Shown piece by piece: positions 7,607-17,495 of a DNA stretch of 32,000 nucleotides. Both the position numbers and the translations under genes were made by a program. Position 1 is the first letter of the stretch. Each line of letters opens with the position of its first letter. The notes beneath the pieces are model-generated. The model did no database searches, was not told where the DNA came from, and saw nothing but the letters and a program-made list of their open reading frames with translations. This DNA comes from an uncultured archaeon (lineage in GTDB: Archaea; Asgardarchaeota; Thorarchaeia; Thorarchaeales; Thorarchaeaceae): assembly GCA_964354495.1 (NCBI GenBank), contig CAYHAA010000019.1, positions 29,335-61,334 on the forward strand. The letters run 5' to 3'.

Positions 7607-9844
7607 CTATCCTGAAAGACTTTCTCCTTCCATCTTCGACAACTCGTCAAGGATTTTGTCACGCTGATTCTCAGGGGTCTTGCGCAGGAAAAGAATTCCA
7701 TGAGCCTCTTTCATGCCTAGTCCATAGAGCGCAAAGGTTGATGCATCCAGCAAGGCCGAAAAATCATGCATTCCATCCTTGAGCTTCCGAACCTCCCTGA
7801 CCACTGTTTCCTCCAATTTGGCCTGCCCGCCTGCAGGCTGCGCTATGGGTAGACTCTGAAGTTCTCGAATAGATACATGATTGTTAGAGCTCGCGATCTG
7901 AAATCTCCAGTTAAGAAGCTCTGAGTTCAGGATTCCTAAGAGAAAATCCAAGTATCTGGATGAATCAGGATGCATGACCACCAAGTAGTTGCACGAGTTG
8001 GAGAGAATCGTGAGAGGTTCGACCAGAGCGAATTTGAGCCTCCATCTCTGTCCCATGTTTGAGATCTGTTGACAGATGATTCGCTTCATCGCGATATGTT
8101 CTGACCGCTCCGATGCATTGAGAGTCTTTCGAAATGACTCTAAGTCAACAAACTCTGAAGCGCGTCTGGTCTCTGTGAGATGAAAACGTCTGATATGAGA
8201 TCCTCTGATCAGCCTTGCATCTGATTCGTCTGAGGAAATGTGCGTCTTGTCCAAAGTGAGGTCTAATTCTCCTCGCCTTGCAAGAATCCAGCCCAGTGAT
8301 GAGAGAGGAGGCTGTCTATGCATTGTTTCCAAGTGTGTGAGACCCAAGGCGTCAACGCGGGGTATGACAAGAGACTGACCCATAGTCTGGAGAATTCGAC
8401 GAAGATTGATTTTGTGCCGCCCACGGCTGGAAGCATCATTCACGCCGGTTCGATTCAGACCAATCTCAAAGATATCCGTGCGACCTCCTTTCGTCAGAGT
8501 GATTATGGATACCGACTGTGTCACGCCAGTGAAAAGCCTCGATGCTTCAGGGAAATCATCAATGATGTTCACGACATTTCGAAGAAGAAGTTCCTGCCTG
8601 AGAGGTGCCGTTGAAATATCAGACAAGATATTTGATGGCACGATGAATCCGATATTGCCATTTGTCTTCGTGACCTGCAATGCTCGTTCGATGAAGAGCT
8701 GGTATGTATTGAGGGAATAGCTTGTCGCGAAACTGTATTCCTTGGAGTTACGGAAAAACCGTGTACTCTCGCGGATATCAGCTCTGTATTCCTCAAACTT
8801 ACTTGCATGAATCTCCCTCTCGCCACTTAGCAACTGCTCTCTCATGAACTCTGCTAGGTTTGGCTTTAGACGTTCATAGGGCGGATTCATGACCACGAAA
8901 TCAAAGCCCCCTTCCTCCCCGCAAAACACTTCCTTGAATGCGTTTCGCCATTCGAATGGAGTCTTTCCGTCCGGGTTGCGGAAGAAGTGTCGATGATTGG
9001 ATATCCCTGATATCCCATTAAGTGAAACCAGAGAATTCCCTCTTTTCAGAGTCGAACCAATGTGACTACTTCGAAATCTCAGTGGTTCTGGGCTTTCCAA
9101 GAGGCGCAGCGATACATCGGCGACCTCCAATGCCCCTGCATCTAGGTCCACCCCGTAGATTCGTGGAGAGCCATCCGTAAGGGACTCATCAATTTCATCC
9201 TTTGGAATGCCCATGCTCTCAAGGGCTTGAGTGGCTTCATGTAATGCCTGCTGTAATGCTCGCAGTGCTGAGACAAGGAATGCGCCAGAGCCACAGGCAG
9301 GATCTACTGTAAGCAATGAGGCAAGTGCCGCGAATGCAGAGATGCCGCTTTTTCTGACATGACGAATATGCTCTCGCAGCTTCGGTCCCAGTGTGAGTCG
9401 CACTATATGATCTGCAAGAGACTGAGGTGTATAGAAAGCACCAAGAGGTCTCTGAGACGAAGCCTGTTGTAGAGTGAGAGGCAATTGATATGAACCTAGG
9501 ACGTGAATTCTTCCTAGGAGTTCAATGAAGTCATTTATGGGGATTCTCTTGACGCTGTCATATTGCTCAAGTCTCAGTCCCTCAATTATTGAACGAGCTA
9601 GCTCTCCCACTTCTCTCCTAGCTACTCCACGTTTCTCACTCTCGTAGGAGAGCTCGGAGAATAGTAGCTGATCCTCATCGAGACCCAGATAGGCATTGCC
9701 AAAGCGATAGGTGGCAATCCAATTCAGCGCTGCAAGACGTACTGAATCAATCTGAAGCCTTGACTTGTGTGAGGAATCTAGAGCGGCATGATCGCGAACA
9801 TCACAGAGCATTGACCATGCCAGACTTCTGATTCTATCTTCCAA
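7607..9844 (-). CDS. N6-adenine DNA methyltransferase, probably Alw26I/Eco31I/Esp3I family
   Basis: GAFYTP, motif I VDPACGSGAFL, GVDLD, motif IV NPPYERLKP, YQLFIERAL and a C-terminal TRD-like region. Adjacency to a permuted m5C MTase is the hallmark of this Type IIS family. TTG start. Confidence 0.85.
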   Translation of the reverse strand: MEDRIRSLAWSMLCDVRDHAALDSSHKSRLQIDSVRLAALNWIATYRFGNAYLGLDEDQLLFSELSYESEKRGVARREVGELARSIIEGLRLEQYDSVKRIPINDFIELLGRIHVLGSYQLPLTLQQASSQRPLGAFYTPQSLADHIVRLTLGPKLREHIRHVRKSGISAFAALASLLTVDPACGSGAFLVSALRALQQALHEATQALESMGIPKDEIDESLTDGSPRIYGVDLDAGALEVADVSLRLLESPEPLRFRSSHIGSTLKRGNSLVSLNGISGISNHRHFFRNPDGKTPFEWRNAFKEVFCGEEGGFDFVVMNPPYERLKPNLAEFMREQLLSGEREIHASKFEEYRADIRESTRFFRNSKEYSFATSYSLNTYQLFIERALQVTKTNGNIGFIVPSNILSDISTAPLRQELLLRNVVNIIDDFPEASRLFTGVTQSVSIITLTKGGRTDIFEIGLNRTGVNDASSRGRHKINLRRILQTMGQSLVIPRVDALGLTHLETMHRQPPLSSLGWILARRGELDLTLDKTHISSDESDARLIRGSHIRRFHLTETRRASEFVDLESFRKTLNASERSEHIAMKRIICQQISNMGQRWRLKFALVEPLTILSNSCNYLVVMHPDSSRYLDFLLGILNSELLNWRFQIASSNNHVSIRELQSLPIAQPAGGQAKLEETVVREVRKLKDGMHDFSALLDASTFALYGLGMKEAHGILFLRKTPENQRDKILDELSKMEGESLSG

Positions 9845-9898
9845 GATGGGTCATCAGACTGTCATGAAACCCGCAAGAAAGGTCTTGTGTTTTATCGT

Positions 9899-10267
9899 TC
9901 ACTTCACAGAAGTATCACTCTGCATTATGCCCCAGATGTTGCCTTCTGTGTCTTTGAAATAAGCAAGATAGCCCACGCCAGGCAGCGTGCTCTTTGGTCG
10001 AATGATCTTGCCACCATTCTTGGTAATCTTTTTGATTGCATCATCAATTGAAGGAACACCAATCGTATTTACGTTGTAATCATCGGGACTTTGTCTCATT
10101 GCAAAGGCACCATCAATACCAGATTCCTTTGGGTCTCCGGTCATAAGAAACCAGTAGTCAATAGGCCCATTCCACTTCTAAACAGACCATCCGAATACTT
10201 TCTCATAGAACCGAGAGATGCGCTTAGCATCATCTGCAAGAATCTCAAAATGAATTACTCGTGGCAT
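9899..10267 (-). pseudogene. VOC/glyoxalase-bleomycin resistance family protein with one in-frame TAG (10178-10180)
   Basis: Manual translation from ATG 10267 gives MPRVIHFEILADDAKRISRFYEKVFGWSV*KWNGPIDYWFL, then continues in frame into the tracked ORF MTGDPKESGIDG...IPGVGYLAYFKDTEGN-type C-terminus. Total 123 codons, a normal VOC length. Confidence 0.85.
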
Positions 10268-10372
10268 GCGTTTGGTTTTAACTATTGTGAATAATAAGTA
10301 TATCGTTCTGGCAGAGCGGTATGAAACTACTATAAGTGCGAATATCATAGGCAGGAATAGTGAGGAATCGAT

Positions 10373-11122
10373 ATGGTGTCATCCAGGGACATCAGAGAGA
10401 TGGAATATCTGACAGCACAATTCTGGCCGGCGAGAGAAACTGAGAGGTACAGAGGATGGATACTAAACTGGAATGATGGGGTAACATGGAGAGCCAATAG
10501 TGTCCTTCCGCTTGAATCGATTGAAGACGTGCGACTTGAGGAGGCAATAGAACACGTCATTATATTCTATAATCAAAGAGGAACGCCACCTGCCTTCAAA
10601 GTCACTGAGGCGAGCGAACCCAAGGACATAGACAAAGGCCTCACAGATAGGGGCTTTGAGAAAGGCAGGTCGACCCATGTTCAGGTGATGTCTATTGATG
10701 AGTTGTCCGATCTCTACCCTAAGGTTCCTGTCGACGTCATCAAAGTCACTGACGACTCCATCAATACGCTGATGTACGAATCAGGGATGGGAGAAGTGGC
10801 TATCGAAGCAAGACGAGGAATTATCAATAGAATCGAGGGTGACAAAGGGATTGCTCGCGTCATGATTGATGGCAAGACTGCAGGAGTGGGTCTTGGTGTC
10901 GTCAGAGAGAAGTGGCTTGGTCTCTTCTCTATCAGGACAATTCCGGAGTATCAGCATCGTGGAGTTGGATGGTCTGTCACCTGCGCTTTGGGGATGTGGG
11001 GGGAGGACCTCGGGGCAGATAGAGCCTTTATTCAGGTCGAAGCAAACAACACAGAAGCTCTGGGGCTCTACGAATCAATAGGTTTCGAAACTATGTACGA
11101 CTACTGGTACAGAATCTTGTAA
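10373..11122 (+). CDS. GNAT family N-acetyltransferase
   Basis: C-terminal acetyl-CoA motif A TIPEYQHRGVG and motif B LQV/IQVEANNTEALGLYESIGF. N-terminal RANSV motif. Confidence 0.88.
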   Translation: MVSSRDIREMEYLTAQFWPARETERYRGWILNWNDGVTWRANSVLPLESIEDVRLEEAIEHVIIFYNQRGTPPAFKVTEASEPKDIDKGLTDRGFEKGRSTHVQVMSIDELSDLYPKVPVDVIKVTDDSINTLMYESGMGEVAIEARRGIINRIEGDKGIARVMIDGKTAGVGLGVVREKWLGLFSIRTIPEYQHRGVGWSVTCALGMWGEDLGADRAFIQVEANNTEALGLYESIGFETMYDYWYRIL

Positions 11123-11343
11123 GCACATAAGAAATCGTCACCCTATCTAAACTCTGCTTTGGAGCCATCCTTTAAGAGTAGGAAAGCATTCACTTGTCAG
11201 ATTACGGATGCCTTATGATACCTAATCTTGAGCTTGCATCTTCCTGAGTGACCACCCAGTGGGCAGTAATGACCACAAGCTCAATAGATAGTGACCAGTT
11301 TCATGCATCCTGAATCGCTTAATGATGGTGAGGTTTCAGAGAT

Positions 11344-12771
11344 ATGTTGGATCAATTACAGGAATGTGTCCATATTGGGGAAGATCTTGGTGCAGATTTC
11401 GTAGAGGCAAGATATGATGATCTCACACTGAGAACCCTACAGCGGATTGATGACACTTGGCAGGACATCCAGGTCAAATCAAGAATGGGATTTGCCATTA
11501 CTGCATATGTGGATGGGGTCTCTGGCTTTTCGTTCACATCCAGCCAAGAAACAAAGGACATTCGATTGGCTGCAGAGAAGGCCTACAGAATGGCGAAGGC
11601 ATCCAGTAGCGCTGCAACATTGAAACTGCCCTTTGATGGTAGACCGGCTGTGAAGAGCAAGAAAGGCGACACACATAAAGTGAAAATCCACCCGAGGGAT
11701 CGGGACCTCAGCCATAAGATTGATTTGGTCAACAGGACCATCGAGTCTGCAAGGGAGTATGGCGAGAACATTCGGAGTGTTCGAGGGCTCTGGGGAGAGC
11801 TGTTCGGCCCAAAGATGTTTGCCAACAGTGATGGTGCCACTCTCAATTGGGAATTTCTTGTCACGGACCTGGCCATATTGGTCACATCAAAGACGGATTC
11901 AGGAGCCATGGTCAATGGGTCAGACAGAAAGGGCGGAACACTGGGTCTTGAGGAGTATGAGCGCGGTGAGTCTACTCCAGAAAATCTGGGCGAAAACGCT
12001 GGCAAATGGGCGAGAGAGCAGCTTTCGGCAAAGGCTTGCCCTGCAGGCAGTTTTCGTGCCCTAGTTGAGGAAGAACTTGTGGGAGTGTTGGCTCACGAGT
12101 CGTTTGGCCATCTTAGTGAGGCGGACTTCGTTGTGACTGGAGGTTCACCACTGACCGAGAAAATCGGAAAGGCACTTGGCACCGAGCATGCAACGATCAT
12201 TGATGGCGGAACCCCTGATATCAAGAAACATGGCGGATTGTGGCTCCCCTACGATGACCAAGGCACAGGAGCAAACCAGACGACGGTTCTTGATAGAGGC
12301 GTTCTGAGGCATTACCTGCACAACAGAGGCACAGCAAAGAGACTGGGCCAACAACCAACAGGAAACGCAAGGGCCGTGAGTTTCGTATTTCCGCCTATCC
12401 CAAGAATGACCAACACATACTTCTCTCCAGGTACACTCAGCGAAGAAGAAGCATTAGAACTGCTCGGGACAGGGATTTATGCAATCCAAACATCGGGCGG
12501 TCAGGTCGAGGGAGATGGTAGTTTTCTCTTCAAGGCAGACAGAGGATATTGGGTTGAAAATGGAGTAGTTCAGTACCCCATTCGAGAGGTTTCTCTTTCA
12601 GGTAACATCCTCCAGCTACTCTCCAGAGTTGAAGGAGCAACAAAGGAGTTGAATCTCCAATCCGGGTATTTTGGGGGATGCGGAAAAGGTGATCAATTTC
12701 CTCTTCCTGTGGGAATGGGAGGTCCCAAACTCGTGATCAATGATGTCACGTTCGGCGGTGAGGCACAGTAA
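11344..12771 (+). CDS. tldD: TldD family metalloprotease subunit
   Basis: HESFGH (HExxxH), PYDDQG, GNARA, PRMTNTY and the C-terminal GCGKG...PVGMGGP with the zinc-ligand Cys. SD-like GGTGAGG at 11327-11333. Confidence 0.92.
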   Translation: MLDQLQECVHIGEDLGADFVEARYDDLTLRTLQRIDDTWQDIQVKSRMGFAITAYVDGVSGFSFTSSQETKDIRLAAEKAYRMAKASSSAATLKLPFDGRPAVKSKKGDTHKVKIHPRDRDLSHKIDLVNRTIESAREYGENIRSVRGLWGELFGPKMFANSDGATLNWEFLVTDLAILVTSKTDSGAMVNGSDRKGGTLGLEEYERGESTPENLGENAGKWAREQLSAKACPAGSFRALVEEELVGVLAHESFGHLSEADFVVTGGSPLTEKIGKALGTEHATIIDGGTPDIKKHGGLWLPYDDQGTGANQTTVLDRGVLRHYLHNRGTAKRLGQQPTGNARAVSFVFPPIPRMTNTYFSPGTLSEEEALELLGTGIYAIQTSGGQVEGDGSFLFKADRGYWVENGVVQYPIREVSLSGNILQLLSRVEGATKELNLQSGYFGGCGKGDQFPLPVGMGGPKLVINDVTFGGEAQ

Positions 12772-12786
12772 CTGAGGTGGTCATGA

Positions 12787-14181
12787 ATGGATTTCGATAA
12801 CGTAAAAGATGAACTGCTCTCAATAACTGATACAGGCCTGAAGCATGTGAAAGGGCTAGACAGCTCTGCAGAGTTTGAGATCTATGTGCACTTTGAAAAC
12901 ACAATGAATGCAGAAATCGATCAAGGCGTTGTGACTGCGCGAGATGGGGCAGTGGCTGGGTGTGCCGTTCGAGCAGCTAGGGGGAAGCGGATAGGTTTTG
13001 CCGCGGTAAGCGGAATTTCAGTCGGGAGAGTGAAACAAGCTGCGAAAGAAGCGCTTGCAGTAATCAACAGTGTGAATGTCGAAGACAATCGGTTTCAGGG
13101 TTTCGCTGACCCACAGGGAGCCGGAAAAGAGGGAGCTTTTGCCGATGAAATCCTCACACTCGGCACTGATGACCTCATTAGGAGTTGTCAAGAGATAGTT
13201 GAGGAAGCCAGGGCAGTGGATCCCAGAGTCAAGGTTGTGACTGCAGAAGCAAAAGCATCATGGAGTAGCTACGCAATCGGGAACACGCGAGGAGTACTTT
13301 GCGCAACACGCAAAAACAGAAACTCCTGTCAGGCAGGCGTCTATGCGATTAGTGGAGAAGAGCGCAAAGGCTCCTTGGATTTTGATGCCTCCAGAGAACG
13401 AGTCTACCGCACTGAGGGAGTGGGTAGAAACGCTGCGAAACGGGCAGTCAGCCTTCTAGGCGCAAAGAAACTGGGTGTCACAGCAAAGATGCAAACGATT
13501 TGGACTCCACTCCCGGCCGCACTCTACGTTCTATCCAGCTTGGCTCAGTCCACTGTCGGAAGACCAGTCGTCGATAGAGTGTCTCCGCTGTGCGACAGGA
13601 TCGGAGACACAATTGCTTCAAAGAAGTTCTCAATCATCGATGATGGCCAAGATCCCTTAGGATTGGAAACAGATGCAATAGATGCAGAAGGAATTCCGCA
13701 GAAAAGAAGTCCAATTGTAGAAAGAGGCATCCTGAAGAACTTCCTATTTGACAGCTACTTCGGAAGAGCCTATGGCCTCGAATCTACTGGCAATTGCACG
13801 AGAGGTGGAAGTCTCTTTGGTGGAGGCACTCCCTATGAAAGTAGACCGACAGCATCTACGAAGTGGCTCGAAGTTGTGCCTGGAAGGAAGAATGAAGACG
13901 ATATCATTTCCTCCATCGATGGAAAGGCAATACTAATTCGCGACTTTCCTCTCGGTATCTTCCATTCAAGTGTCGAAACAGGGGAGTTCTCCTGTGTGGC
14001 AACATCTGCATTCTTGGTCGAAAATGGAGACCTGAAAGGGCCTGTTGAGCCCGTTTCGGTCGCTGGCAACTACTATGAAGGACTCAAGAGTCTCCGAGAA
14101 GTGGGAAACGATCTCCTGCTGATTCCCTATGGCATCAATATGCCGACTCTCGTCTTCGACGATTTCTCTATCGTAGGGTAG
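12787..14181 (+). CDS. pmbA: TldE/PmbA family subunit
   Basis: DAEGIP, IVERGILKNFL, STGNC, GEFS and SVAGN motifs; no HExxxH. Lies 15 nt after tldD with SD GAGGTG at 12774-12779. Confidence 0.88.
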   Translation: MDFDNVKDELLSITDTGLKHVKGLDSSAEFEIYVHFENTMNAEIDQGVVTARDGAVAGCAVRAARGKRIGFAAVSGISVGRVKQAAKEALAVINSVNVEDNRFQGFADPQGAGKEGAFADEILTLGTDDLIRSCQEIVEEARAVDPRVKVVTAEAKASWSSYAIGNTRGVLCATRKNRNSCQAGVYAISGEERKGSLDFDASRERVYRTEGVGRNAAKRAVSLLGAKKLGVTAKMQTIWTPLPAALYVLSSLAQSTVGRPVVDRVSPLCDRIGDTIASKKFSIIDDGQDPLGLETDAIDAEGIPQKRSPIVERGILKNFLFDSYFGRAYGLESTGNCTRGGSLFGGGTPYESRPTASTKWLEVVPGRKNEDDIISSIDGKAILIRDFPLGIFHSSVETGEFSCVATSAFLVENGDLKGPVEPVSVAGNYYEGLKSLREVGNDLLLIPYGINMPTLVFDDFSIVG

Positions 14182-14313
14182 GCTGAATGTGTTATGGACC
14201 GAAGACTCGACCATGAGTGTTCAGAGTAGCGTCTTGGAAGAACAGAGTACGAACAGAAGCAGCGCAAAACCAGCTCCTAATATAGTAGGGGAACGCCACA
14301 AGTTTCGATTCCA

Positions 14314-15393
14314 ATGAGACTCAAAGCAATCACCCTGCTATCCCTTATCGTATTAGTTTCTGTCGTTCCTAGCCCAGTTCTTGTGCCCGTAGTACAGGGT
14401 CAGGAAATCAGTGATGTCAAGGTTCTCATGCTGATTGCGGATTACTTCGGGTGGAACTACTTTGATGCAACGGAGCTGCTTGAATCATGGGGGGTGAACG
14501 TCACCACAATTGCCAACTCCTTGGACACTGATGTGCCCTCTTGTTTGAACAAAGAACCTCGAGGGACAATTGCGGACCTACTCTTAGGTCAAGTCGAGAA
14601 CGATATTGTGAATCAGTTTGATGTATTATTCATTCCATCAGGCGGTCAGTGGAACAGCCTAGTCCAAAGCGCGAGGGCTCTAGAGTTCATAGAGTACGCC
14701 TCCGATAGTGGTCTCCTAATCGCTGCAGTCTGCATAGGTAACAGGGTTCTTGCAGATGCAAACAGTATCGTGAATGGTTCGTATGTTGTCAGTTATTTAG
14801 CCGCTAATCTGTATATGGCAGAAGCCGGAGCAATAGTGAGGACAGGATACCGCACAGTCATAGATAATAATTTCATCACAGGCGGGGCTGGTGGTGGCCC
14901 GAGTGAGGGAGGAAACGAAGCTGCACCAACAGAGGAGGTCTGCTTAGCCCTGGTGCGGGAGGAGCTGGGTTATTCATTTATGGAATCAGTAGGCATTGAA
15001 CCTGTGATAGCACCTATGGGAACTGCTTTCACAATCACTGCTGGAATCACAGATCTTGATGACCTGCCAGTGACAATGTCCTCAGGCAATCAGAATATCT
15101 CTCAGGTGAACGCTCGGATATATGCCAAAAACAATAGGACGCTCATTGATGTCACCGAACTCCTCGATGAGGATGGCGATGGAGTTTATTCGGGCCAATT
15201 CATCGCTTCGACAAACGGTGAGTTTGTCATTGATATCGAGATTGAGGATACAAACCATACTCTCGAGATTGAGAGAGAGCCTGTGATTTTCTCTGTTGGT
15301 ACGCATTATACAATCGACCCACTTACGTTAGGACTCATTGCTGCAGGTACCCTCCTTGCAGCGGCTGTTATTATCATTATGAAGAAGAAGTGA
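14314..15393 (+). CDS. Secreted, C-terminally membrane-anchored DJ-1/PfpI (class I glutamine amidotransferase-like) domain protein
   Basis: Hydrophobic signal peptide, KVLMLIAD, FDVLFIPSGG, nucleophile elbow AAVCIG, VIDNNFITG, a beta-rich Ig-like segment, then a TM helix ending in KKK. Confidence 0.78.
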   Translation: MRLKAITLLSLIVLVSVVPSPVLVPVVQGQEISDVKVLMLIADYFGWNYFDATELLESWGVNVTTIANSLDTDVPSCLNKEPRGTIADLLLGQVENDIVNQFDVLFIPSGGQWNSLVQSARALEFIEYASDSGLLIAAVCIGNRVLADANSIVNGSYVVSYLAANLYMAEAGAIVRTGYRTVIDNNFITGGAGGGPSEGGNEAAPTEEVCLALVREELGYSFMESVGIEPVIAPMGTAFTITAGITDLDDLPVTMSSGNQNISQVNARIYAKNNRTLIDVTELLDEDGDGVYSGQFIASTNGEFVIDIEIEDTNHTLEIEREPVIFSVGTHYTIDPLTLGLIAAGTLLAAAVIIIMKKK

Positions 15394-15550
15394 GAATACA
15401 TAGCTACTCTTGCTCGTTGTTGTTGGATTCTTGCTCAAGATAGTACTACATCAAAGGCTCTTGATTCGGATGGCCATGTTGGAGATTGAGAATGCTGGAA
15501 ACATCTGTGGCCAATCGCTAGAGGTGATATGTGCGTAATCTCATAGGACC

Positions 15551-16204
15551 TTAGTAGCTGTATTTCTTTATGTTGGCTTCAGTCAATCGAAGCGACAGGA
15601 GAAGAAAATCAGGTCCCCGAGACCTCAGAATCTGACCCACCTCGATCAGAATGCCGGGTGTTTGATCTCGAATATACTCAAAGAGATCCTCCTCTGATTT
15701 GCTCAAGGCTTGACACATATTCTTCATGTGCTCATGAACAGCCCCTTTACTGATCCGACCAGTCTCACGAAGCATCCAGTTCTCCAAAGCGGTTTGGACT
15801 GCCTTTCCGACACTTTCTGAACTTGAAAAAAGGTCTTGTGACACCCTGGTAGATGCCCTTGCCTTCTCTAACGCGGGTCTGGCTCTCACACTACCCAAGG
15901 CAAGACGAATCTCATCCAGCGGAACATTCGGATAAACAGACTTCCCGAGCTCCTTCTCTGCTAGTAATCGTTTGTACCCCTTCATGCCATGAAGGTGTAC
16001 AGGAGAAATGAATCCCTTTGCCTCCATCTCTCTAAGGTGCGACTGGAACGTATCCCGAGGGACTAGAGAGCGTACAGCTGACAAATGGAGAAAGCGCTCG
16101 TATAGGGTTTCCTCTAACTCGACAATGGACCAACCAAAGGAGCGGATGATATCCAACTCTAATGCATTTGGCGGCTCTCTGTCCATCCCTCTTTCTGCCA
16201 ACAC
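15551..16204 (-). CDS. Hypothetical protein with possible N-terminal winged helix
   Basis: 217-aa ORF filling the gap. TFQSHLREMEAKGFISPVHLHGMKGYKR resembles a wHTH recognition helix and wing. Alternative ATG at 16186. Confidence 0.6.
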   Translation of the reverse strand: MLAERGMDREPPNALELDIIRSFGWSIVELEETLYERFLHLSAVRSLVPRDTFQSHLREMEAKGFISPVHLHGMKGYKRLLAEKELGKSVYPNVPLDEIRLALGSVRARPALEKARASTRVSQDLFSSSESVGKAVQTALENWMLRETGRISKGAVHEHMKNMCQALSKSEEDLFEYIRDQTPGILIEVGQILRSRGPDFLLLSLRLTEANIKKYSY

Positions 16205-16386
16205 TTAGCCTCGACAAATGGTTGACTAGACATTCATCAAGAAATCTAATAAAACTATCACTTCAAACATATGTTGAGGATATTTGATGTTTTCCATCAG
16301 ATAGAACCATCATGCACGAGAGTCCACGATTTGCGGTATTACAGCAGTCTCTAGAGCTTGGCACTGAGTAGTCATCAATTGGCGGC

Positions 16387-17085
16387 TCAAAGCAAGAAGA
16401 CAGCAAGAATGCCTGTGAGGAAGACACCGTCCCAGGTTCCAGCTCCCCCGATAGAGGCACTTCCTGTCCTTAGACTGGATAGTTTTCCTAGATTCAAGAT
16501 GTCTGCGCCTATCAGAGTGCCGAGTGTTCCGGATACATAGGCTATTGCATAGCCATTGTACGCACCCGGAGCGATGGCTAGGAGTACCACAGTCACAAAG
16601 ACGGCCACAAGTGCTGGGAGAAATCCCGGAGTGAGGATACCAACATCTGGCTGAATCCTTGCCACTCTATGGACAACCAGCGTGACGACTGCGATGGCAA
16701 CTAGGAACTGCAAGAATGCAACTAGATTCAAGATGATGAGGTATGTGCTTACCGCGACGGGAATGACAGCGCCGCCCAAATTGATGCTGATTCGGGTCTT
16801 GCCAGGACAATCTTGCTGAATTACCTGGTAGCTGACACCCCAATATTGAACATGTGGCGCCTCAGTACAGGGAGTTGGGTCTGATTCAATCGTATATAGT
16901 GGGATGTTGATCAGGCTCCCTAGTAGTGAACCGGGAATAATAATGATAGCCAGCCACATTGGGATGCCAAGTTGCAGAAAAGCCATCCCCGCAGCTTGAA
17001 GGAAGAATAAGCTTAGAATCATGAATGCAAGAATTGTAAACACAGAGAAGCTGCCTCTTCCATGCTGCAACCGTACTTGACTCAT
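16387..17085 (-). CDS. DUF1614-family integral membrane protein
   Basis: Multiple TM segments; GSLINIP, INLGGAVIP, GTLGTLIGADILNL and SIGGAGTWDGVFLTG match the archaeal DUF1614 signature. Confidence 0.85.
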   Translation of the reverse strand: MSQVRLQHGRGSFSVFTILAFMILSLFFLQAAGMAFLQLGIPMWLAIIIIPGSLLGSLINIPLYTIESDPTPCTEAPHVQYWGVSYQVIQQDCPGKTRISINLGGAVIPVAVSTYLIILNLVAFLQFLVAIAVVTLVVHRVARIQPDVGILTPGFLPALVAVFVTVVLLAIAPGAYNGYAIAYVSGTLGTLIGADILNLGKLSSLRTGSASIGGAGTWDGVFLTGILAVFLL

Positions 17086-17495
17086 ATCATCATCAATTCT
17101 TGCTTCTCATGCATCCACTTTTTAGAGTTGGCATATGATTGCATTCCAGCGTATTCGGCTCGCTCCGTGACATTGATGAATGGCTATTCACGTTTCCAAA
17201 GAGGCAACCAAGGACTTCAGGGCTCATGCTGAACTGTGTAGAGAAGAATTCGATGGAGCCGGCTCAGGGATTTGCACCCTGGTAGAAGAGATCTGCAGTC
17301 TCTCGCGTAGCTGCTCCGCCAAACCGGCTCGTCTAGACCTTCCAAAGGCTACTCTTGTTTTAAGTATGTCGGCAAAAACTGCACATATCCTTTCAAATGC
17401 AGTGATACCAGATGCAATCACTACGATAGTAGTTCAATTGGCTTTTATCTCCGATAATCTTACTGATTCAGTAGCTGGTTAAGAGAATATCCGAG

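Noticed and set aside
7590-7646. The m5C MTase frame stays open about 19 codons upstream and overlaps the m6A MTase end in the -1 frame, hinting at a frameshift fusion as in fused family members
   Set aside because: No X XXY YYZ slippery heptamer seen, and an SD-like GAGGGTGA supports independent initiation at 7589.
11344-14181. TldD/TldE as part of a RiPP cluster
   Set aside because: No precursor peptide, YcaO or other maturase nearby; TldDE pairs are common housekeeping genes in archaea.
17086-17495. 410-nt gap with ORFs 17180-17482 (+) and 17224-17421 (-)
   Set aside because: No recognisable motifs in the frames I translated and no clear start signals; it may be a degraded remnant but I cannot support a call.
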